Of a DNA stretch of 40,124 nucleotides, positions 32,322 to 40,124 are shown piece by piece (within the stretch, counting starts at the first letter, position 1; every line of letters starts with the position of its first letter). The position numbers and the translations under genes were made by a program. Origin of the DNA: Octopus bimaculoides (taxonomy: Eukaryota); contig NC_069005.1 of assembly GCF_001194135.2 (NCBI RefSeq), positions 20,477,839 to 20,517,962 of the forward strand, read 5' to 3'. The notes beneath the pieces were generated by a model that did no database searches, had not been told where the DNA came from, and saw only the letters and a program-made list of their open reading frames with translations.

Positions 32322-33169
32322 TTGTACACAGCAAAGGCTCGACCGCCTAACAGATCATTTACTAACCAACTTTTTGTGTTCTTTCTTAAAAGGGTATTGA
32401 ATACCATTTGGAATACCATTTGGAATGGAATTGAAAGCTTATGATGTCTGTGGTTGACTGAATGGTGTGTGTGGGAGGTGGGGACATTTTTTATTGTTAT
32501 TCAAGCCATCATGTGTCTTCACAGGCTTTGCAAGTAGCTTGGTGGCTGAGTGGTGTAATCTGAATTTGTGTTATGACTAGGAGTATGTGCATTTTGTAAT
32601 CTTTTGAGGGTGTGTGCATAGGAAGGTAATGGATTTGAATACTATTAGTCTTTTTGTTGTTGGTGTTGTGAAAAATTCAATTGTTCTAACATTGTTGTAA
32701 ATAACAGCCGGAAATGATGAGGAAAGAGATAAACTGTCCACACCCACATTACACACTCTCTTCCCCCCTCTCTCTCTTCCTCTCCCTCTCTCTTCCTCTC
32801 CCTCTCTCTCCCCCTCTCTCTTCCTCTCACTCTCTCCTCTCATTCGCTCTCCTCTCTCTTCCTCTCTCTCTCTTTCTCTCATGCTCTCTCCCTCTTCCTC
32901 TCTCTCTCTCTCTCTCTTTCTCTCATGCTCTCTCCCTCTTCCTCTCCCTCTCCCTTTCTCTCCCCACTACTCATCCAACACACCATACGCCAACTTACAC
33001 ACACAACCTGAATCCCACCACCTGCTAATTGAGGATGTCACTGGTTATTTGGGTGGATAATAAAGGCATCCTCCTTTCCCTCCTCTCCCTGCCCCTCCTC
33101 GTCATCGCCGCCATCATCATCACCGTCATCATCATCACCACCATCACTATCATGACCAACACTACGACC

Positions 33170-33225
<56 letters not shown>

Positions 33226-33452
33226 TATTATTTTTATTAAGGTGGTGAGCTGGCAGAATCATTAGCACACCGGGTGAAATGCTTAACGGTATTTCGTCTA
33301 CCATTACGTTCTGAGTTCAAATTCCGCCAAGGTTGACTTCGCCTTTCATCTTTTCAGGGTCAATAGATTAAGTACCAGTGAAACACTGGGGTTGAAGTAA
33401 TCGCCTATTCCCCTCCATCAAAATTTCAGGCCTTGTGCCTATAGTAGATAAG

Positions 33453-33496
<44 letters not shown>

Positions 33497-33813
33497 ATCA
33501 CTTCACATTACTGTCACTGCCACCACCACCACCACCACCACCACCAGTAAAACAACAGCAACTCTGACTTTTACATCCATGTATGTTTAAGAAGTAATTA
33601 AATCTCATGAAGGGCATCTGGCAGTAAAGCTTTGTCTCAGAAAAATACCCCTCCAACCCATGCCAGTATGGAAAAGTGGATGTAAAGTGATGCTGCTGCC
33701 ATTGGTCCTGATGATGAAATGAGCTTACAAAGCAGTTTCAGTGAGGTTGCTCAACCAGCTAGAAATATCAGCTAAACTACCACCCTCTTAAAGAAGACAG
33801 GACATACAGACAC

Positions 33814-33966
33814 AGGCATGGCTGTGTGGTAAGAAGCTTGCTTCCCACCCTCATGGTTCCAGGTTCTGTCCCTCTGCATGGCACCTTGGGCAAGTGTCTT
33901 CTACTATAGCCCTGGGTCGACCAAAGCCTTGTGAGTGGATTTGGTAGACGGAAACTGAAAGAAGCT
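33814..33966 (+). mobile_element. SINE family A, 5' half; a 3' half follows at 34560-34812
   Basis: ggcatggctgtgtggtaagaagcttgcttcc…gaaactgaaagaagc. The 3' half is cacttgacaactggtgttgg…ggcagtgctgcagcatggcc…aagtaaaaga. Confidence 0.85.
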
Positions 33967-35989
33967 TGTCATACATACATACATACATACATACATACAT
34001 ACATACATACATACATCCTGCGGATGTCAACATCCCACTAAAGATNNNNNNNNNNNNNNNNNNNNNNNNNNNNNNNNNNNNNNNNNNNNNNNNNNNNNNN
34101 NNNNNNNNNNNNNNNNNNNNNNNNNNNNNNNNNNNNNNNNNNNNNNNNNNNNNNNNNNNNNNNNNNNNNNNNNNNNNNNNNNNNNNNNNNNNNNNNNNNN
34201 NNNNNNNNNNNNNNNNNNNNNNNNNAGAAAATGGCTGATTAGAAGACTACAGATTCAAGCCATCAATGGAACTATAAAGATATGTAAAACTTTCCAAAAA
34301 TTTAGCACATAAATACATATGCATGCATCTAGACATAAAAACGCATCCATAAAACAAACATACAAATCTGCGCATACACTAACACCAAATACTGCACACA
34401 CACACATATGCACAAATACCTAGATGATGTTAATAAAAGTTCCAATGAAGGAGCCTTGAATCTATGTTAGAGTCCGGCTCTTTCTCTATGGACAAGAAAT
34501 ACAGAAATGAAACTGATTGATAACATACATACATACATACATACATACACATACACACACATATAAGTGTGTGTGTATGTCTTTGTGTGTGAGTTTGTCC
34601 CCCATCACCACTTGACAACTGGTGTTGGTGTATTTATGTCCCCATAACTTAGCAGTTCAGCAAAAGAGATCAACAGAATAAATACCAAGCTTTAAAAAAA
34701 GAAAAGAAAATATGTAATGGAATAGGTTAGTTTTGACTAAAATTCCTCAAGGCAGTGCTGCAGCATGGCCAATGTCACATGATTGGAACAAGTAAAAGAT
34801 AAGCGATAAAAGATATTAGATTCACTCTGAAACAGAAGATAACCATCATTGAAATGGTTTGCTGGATCAAGCTTGACTTGGGGTTAAACAAACAACAACA
34901 TAAATAGTAAAAATGATTATAATAACAACAAGAATTGTCATATCATATATTAAAAATTAACTGATGGAAAAAAAATAGGGAACAAAAAGGAGGAAGAGGA
35001 GGAGGAGGTGATGCTGGTGGGGTCGGTGGAAATGTGGTTGGTCTGGTGTTTATAGTCTTCAAGCAATTTTTTTTTTCCAACAATTGGGTTTTCCTGCTCT
35101 CTGTTTGACCTTTTATAAATATGCACCAAGTAACCTTTGATCTGTGTGACCTTTACTACATCTTACACCCACTCCCTTTTGCCTTCCACTAGTTCTCTAC
35201 CCTACCTAGGAGGTTAGTTGTTCTAAAAGAGGGTAGGTGTGTATGTGTGTTTATGATATGTATTATATTGTGTGTATGTGTTAAGGATATATATTGTATA
35301 TGTGACTGCATATATATGTATGGATGTATTATATATATATANNNNNNNNNNNNNNNNNNNNNNNNNNNNNNNNNNNNNNNNNNNNNNNNNNNNNNNNNNN
35401 NNNNNNNNNNNNNNNNNNNNNNNNNNNNNNNNNNNNNNNNNNNNNNNNNNNNNNNNNNNNNNNNNNNNNNNNNNNNNNNNNNNNNNNNNNNNNNNNNNNN
35501 NNNNNNNNNNNNNNNNNNNNNNNNNNNNNNNNNNNNNNNNNNNNNNNNNNNNNNNNNNNNNNNNNNNNNNNNNNNATATGAAAATAAAGTTGGGTACGCA
35601 AACAATGAGAAAAACAAATGGAAAACAAGACAAGTAACATAAAGAACGACCCTTCATCAGTTGTCAGTTGTCCTTCTACTCCTTATTTCGAGCATTGAAA
35701 GACAATATAAGACTTTGAAGGCAGTTGCTCCCGCGAACCAAAATAAAATTTGGGATTTGTGGAGGGTCAAAGTTGGAAACAAAAACAGGACAGTGGAGAA
35801 ATACAAGGAAACCAAATGAAAATGAATATGGAGGGTCAATTGACCAGAGGAGGTAAAGTAGTGAATGCTGGAGAAATATTGTCTTTGACAAGAGAAAAGA
35901 TAGAAGAGGAGATAGATAGGAATATGTGCAGTCTGTACACGTGACCATCGTCCATCTTTCTTTTCCTCATGTGATCATCTTTCTTTTTC

Positions 35990-37890
35990 TTCAGTACCGT
36001 CATACAGACTGCAGGGTTTCATTGTCTCTTTTGTTTTCTATATTTTTTAGTAATCTCCTGTTCTAGGATTGCAAATGCATAGATTTCAAAATGTGATGTA
36101 GCAATTACAAGTCCAAGAGAGATTGCACTTCATGCTAATATTACATTTTATATCCAGGTCTTCTTTGAGATATGTTAGTTCAGCTGTTTTGGGTTGTATG
36201 GGTGATCACCAGGAAGAGAGTGCTTCCTGAGGAGCAGCTCACTGCTGACACATAGGATTTTATTTTCTTTGTTTTTCAGCACTCTGTTTTTATGTATTCA
36301 TTTTTACTGCTGTTGTTTAGCAGGTGCTATCTGAGAGAAACTGTATGATATCCGAAGACTGTCTGCATTGACCTCATGCAGCTAGCTCCCTTATCTCTTT
36401 GCAGGTAAAGCCTGTTGATATTACTGTTTCTGTGGAAGTTGCCAGTGGATGTCAGATTCTTGTGGGTTTTAATGCTTATGAAGTGGCTTTCCTCTACAAA
36501 CTGTTTGAAAATCTCAAGAATCAGCACTGATACTGCAAAAGTATTGTGGGATAATGTCTTGTAAGAGGAGAATTCTGACAGCCATAGTTTACTAAATCTG
36601 CTATAATATTCTTGGGTCACTCTATCCTTATTCACAGCACCTTTGCATATGTTTTCATCAATGCCTAAGTTACTTGCTGCATTCTTTGTGTGGAGCAAAA
36701 GAGATAGTGAAACTGTCGATGCAAAGGTTTTGGGTTTCAGGGAATTGACATTCCTTGTTCAACAATCAAATAAAAACGTTTTTTTTTTTTTATCAAATTC
36801 CATTTCTATGTCAGCTGAAAATGTTATAACTCCAGTTGTTTTTTGGCATTGTTAACATTTTTAGCACAAATATTCAGGTCATTCACAAAGAAATTATGGA
36901 TTATATTGATATCTCTACCTTTGCATGTTGCCATTTGGTTTTTGCAACAGAAATTATAATGGATTTAATGCCAAAATGAACAGGATTACAGAAAGACTAC
37001 CTTCTTGGAATATTCCCTTTGAAATATTTATAACATAGGAGACAATTGTTCCACTCTTATCTGTAAGTGTGAGAATTATTTTCCAGGTTTTTCTGAGCCT
37101 CTCAGTGACAGCAACTCAGGTAGCAAATACTTTTGCCAAGTGTAGAGACATCAACAACCATGAATGGGAAATAGAGTTGAATGCTTTCCTATAATCAAGC
37201 CATACTCTTGTAAAGTTTCTTTGCTATTTTCTTACTTAAGTGTGTACAGTTTTGTCGAAAGTTGTTCAGCATAACCCTACACTCCCTTTCTTCCACCTGC
37301 CTGCTCATCTGTCACTCATCCTTTCACCTATGTTACAGGCTGTATCTCTTATATAGATTCAGTGGTGTCCCATACTGCCCACCTCAGGCACTTCATGTGG
37401 CATGTTCCTAGTTTTACAATTCACTTGCAGGATGGTTTTTCAAATTAGAATTTTTGTTAGGTAAGCTTGTGGTATGACAGCAACAAATTCCATTGTTAGT
37501 ATATGTCGACACTATGCCAAGAGGTGAACTAACTTACATGTGTAGAATATCATTAAGTAGTTGAAGAAATAACGACTATGTGGGATCCACACAATCATTG
37601 TTTCCTTTATATACCACAACTCCATCAAGTAGCAGAATATACTGCACACTCCAGGTTTATCATATGTAAGGCTGTGTTTATTGTCTGAACATGCTTGTTA
37701 CTTCTCTATTGTGTAGTCACTCAATGTATAGCAGTAAGTTGTGGTGATGACCACAATAAATGTGGGCAAGGTAACATGACAGTAACCTATGTCTCTGTAT
37801 GTCTGGTGAAGGTGTACACATCAATACAGTGTTTGAGATCGAGGAGTTTATTGGTGTTATTGCTATGTTTGTGTGGGAGAGATAGGGACT
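35990..37890 (-). mobile_element. Decayed R4/Dong-like non-LTR retrotransposon, RT region (about 1.9 kb)
   Basis: Minus strand reads WLDYRKAFNSISHSWL; GIFQEGSLSVILFILALNP; HNFFVNDL (the FVDD box); HNTFAVSVL…KTHKNLTSTGNFHRNSNINRLYLQRDKG; TSHFEIYAFAILEQEI. These are motifs of R4-clade RTs. Confidence 0.8.
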
Positions 37891-37900
37891 TGTTAGTTAA

Positions 37901-38105
37901 CCCTTTTGTTACCCCATTTCTGTTGAAATACACTGCCTTTGTTTCAGATAATTTTGAAAATAATGAAGAATTTAGTCAAACAAATTTCTCATTATTAATC
38001 AGGTGTTTGGAAATTTTGATGAAAAGTTTAAATTTAGATTGCTTTTAAACAAAGAATTTTTATCATAGAACCAGGAGAGTTTCAGGTGGGTCAGTATGAG
38101 AATGG
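37901..38105. mobile_element. piggyBac-like MITE (205 bp)
   Basis: TTAA (37897-37900)|CCCTTTTGTTAC… …GTATGAGAATGG|TTAA (38106-38109). The right TIR is degenerate. Confidence 0.65.
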
Positions 38106-38149
38106 TTAAGGAAGATTTGGTTTATAATATTTTGTTCTATTTTCTGCAG

Positions 38150-38281
38150 GTTTCTTTGATGAAAGTACATTCAAAATGATGAGGAAAAAACGATGTGGTG
38201 TTCCAGATATGAATTATGCACCAAGTTTAGGTCTGAGAGAAGCTATTTCTCCACGTCGCAAGCGAAGATTTGCTTTACAAG
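38150..38281 (+). CDS. MMP: Matrix metalloproteinase, exon 3 (cysteine switch and furin site)
   Basis: tttctgcag| (G)FFDESTFKMMRKKRCGVPDMNYAPSLGLREAISPRRKRRFALQ-G |gtaagt. 132 nt, phase 1 to 1. Contains RCGVPD (38191-38208) and RRKRR (38254-38268) followed by FALQG. Confidence 0.96.
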
Positions 38282-38540
38282 GTAAGTGGTCAGTGAATGA
38301 AGCATGTATTAAAACATTCTGTTAAATGAAAGATCTGGGAAATTTTCTCACAGAGTAATAGATTTCATGACACCATATCATCACTACCACAAAATCATAG
38401 TCACAACATCACCAATAACTTGGAAATGTTATGTACATCTCATTCAAAATAGAACATCTATATACATACGTTAGATTACTCTGAATATGCAGTTGTGCCT
38501 CACAGAACACAGCTTGGATGACAACCTCTTATATACACTA

Positions 38541-38584
<44 letters not shown>

Positions 38585-38669
38585 ATGCCACTGCCATGTA
38601 ACTGACACTTTGTGCCAGTGGCATTTAAGTTTGTATATATATTTGTATATTTGTCTTTTCAATCTTTAG

Positions 38670-38770
38670 GGTCAAAGTGGAAGCATCGTGAAATTACATA
38701 CAAGGTCAGTGACTATCCCCAAAACCTGTCCCACCATGATGTGGATGCTACCATAAACACTGCATTCAAG
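38670..38770 (+). CDS. MMP: Matrix metalloproteinase, exon 4 (start of catalytic domain)
   Basis: tctttag| (G)SKWKHREITYKVSDYPQNLSHHDVDATINTAFK |gtaaga. 101 nt, phase 1 to 0. Matches the M10A catalytic N-terminus KWxxxxLTYxxxxY…DVxxxIxxAF. The HExxHxxGxxH exon is not in the window. Confidence 0.96.
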
Positions 38771-38780
38771 GTAAGAAACC

Positions 38781-38805
38781 ATTATTATTATTATTACTAT
38801 TATCA

Positions 38806-38852
<47 letters not shown>

Positions 38853-38876
38853 ATAATAATTATTATTATTATTATT
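38781..38876. repeat. Compound (TAT/CAT/TAA)n microsatellite starting 10 nt after the exon 4 donor
   Basis: Direct inspection. Confidence 0.95.
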
Positions 38877-39133
38877 GAGTGAGAGAGCAAAGCATGCCAT
38901 CAAAGTGACACTGGGGTAAAATATGCGAAGCCCAGTATGCCCATTATGACTACCTGTATGATAAGGGTACACCAGGCACATGCATCACAACCATATGTGC
39001 GTGACATGGTGATCTCATATCAAGATAAACAACGCATGACCTTGCAGGTGGGACCCAGTTAGAATTTTGTTCAGGTCGAGTAGCCCATCCCACTCAAAAG
39101 GTCCCTGAATAAGGTTTGTTTAAAGATGTTGAG
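38877..39133 (-). mobile_element. Retroelement 3' end (family D) abutting (TAA)n; second copy 39614-39858
   Basis: The two copies differ at about 25 of 245 nt (manual count). Both end on the minus strand in ctctcactc-(aat)n. Confidence 0.75.
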
Positions 39134-39524
39134 NNNNNNNNNNNNNNNNNNNNNNNNNNNNNNNNNNNNNNNNNNNNNNNNNNNNNNNNNNNNNNNNNNN
39201 NNNNNNNNNNNNNNNNNNNNNNNNNNNNNNNNNNNNNNNNNNNNNNNNNNNNNNNNNNNNNNNNNNNNNNNNNNNNNNNNNNNNNNNNNNNNNNNNNNNN
39301 NNNNNNNNNNNNNNNNNNNNNNNNNNNNNNNNNNNNNNNNNNNNNNNNNNNNNNNNNNNNNNNNNNNNNNNNNNNNNNNNNNNNNNNNNNNNNNNNNNNN
39401 NNNNNNNNNNNNNNNNNNNNNNNNNNNNNNNNNNNNNNNNNNNNNNNNNNNNNNNNNNNNNNNNNNNNNNNNNNNNNNNNNNNNNNNNNNNNNNNNNNCA
39501 TTATTATTATTATTACTATTATCA

Positions 39525-39570
<46 letters not shown>

Positions 39571-39860
39571 CATCATCATCATCATCATCATCACCATCAT
39601 CATCATTATTATTGAGTGAGGGAGCAGTGCATGCCATTAAAGTGACACTGGGGTAAAATATACGGAGCCCAGAATACCCACCATGACTACCCGTCCGATA
39701 AGGGCACACCAGGCACATGCATCACAACCATGTGTGCGCGACATGGTGATCTCATATCAAGATAAACAGTGCATGACCTCGCAGGTGGAGACCAGTCAGA
39801 ATTATCTTCAGGTCGAGTAGCCCATCCCACTCAAAAGGTCCCTGAATAAGGTTTGTTTTA

Positions 39861-40020
39861 AGGAGTGGCTGCATGGTAAGTAGCCTGCTTACCAACCACA
39901 TGGTTCTGGGTTCAGTCCCACTGTGTGGCACCTTGGGCAAGTGTCTTTTACTATAGTCTTGGGCCGACCAAAGCCTTGTGAGTGGATTTGGTAGACAGAA
40001 ACTGAAAGAAGCCCTTCTTA
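39861..40020 (+). mobile_element. SINE family A, 5' half, interrupted by a mariner
   Basis: aggagtggctgcatggtaagtagc…gaaactgaaagaagccc, then TATA and a mariner TIR. Confidence 0.85.
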
Positions 40021-40024
40021 TATA

Positions 40025-40124
40025 TTGGGCTGTCCGAAAAGTTTGTGCCGATTTTTAAAGGAAAGAAAAAGGTCAATAAATACTTGCCATTACATTTTTA
40101 ATCAACCAAATATGAACCATTTTG
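40025..40124 (-). mobile_element. Mariner 3' end (continues beyond the window)
   Basis: TA|TTGGGCTGTCCGAAAAGTTTGTGCCGATTTTT TIR. The minus strand encodes …QNGSYLVD*, resembling a mariner transposase C-terminus. Confidence 0.75.

Noticed and set aside
33029-33304. ORFs with hydrophobic or poly-Asp/Met/Ile runs that look like a signal peptide or membrane protein
   Set aside because: Produced by degenerate (CAT/CAC)n repeats running into a SINE C head.
35654-35692. Minus-strand CTGATGA with an upstream CGAAA, suggesting a type II hammerhead
   Set aside because: Position 10.1/11.1 is A-C and helices I and III do not pair. The surrounding 35578-35950 may be a TE fragment, but I cannot classify it.

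Overview
Repeat-rich animal genomic DNA with about 15 N-gaps. The microsatellite load and the SINE/RTE repertoire point to an octopus or other coleoid cephalopod; this is an inference from repeat content. One host gene is supported: the 5' part of a + strand matrix metalloproteinase (M10A family, furin-activated, most like Drosophila Mmp1/MT-MMPs). Four exons with consistent splice phases (22292-22639, 27327-27453, 38150-38281, 38670-38770) encode the signal peptide, a long Thr-rich extension, the pro-domain, a variant cysteine switch (KRCGVPD), the furin site RRKRR and the start of the catalytic domain. The zinc-binding exons must lie beyond the window. Everything else is decayed mobile DNA: mariner (DD34D), maT-like, hAT and piggyBac-like MITEs, RTE and R4/Dong-like LINE fragments, several tRNA-derived SINE families, a probable LTR and microsatellites. 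The best non-obvious observations are: (1) a complete minimal type I hammerhead ribozyme in a 607-bp Penelope-like insertion with an inverted arm and an 18-bp TSD; (2) a 386-bp RTE insertion joining an inverted extreme 5' end to the extreme 3' end inside an 11-bp TSD; (3) a fold-back mariner built from two left ends; (4) an old local duplication that preserves empty insertion sites; (5) several MMP peculiarities. TE boundaries were read by eye and are approximate unless TIR/TSD coordinates are given. No searches were run.
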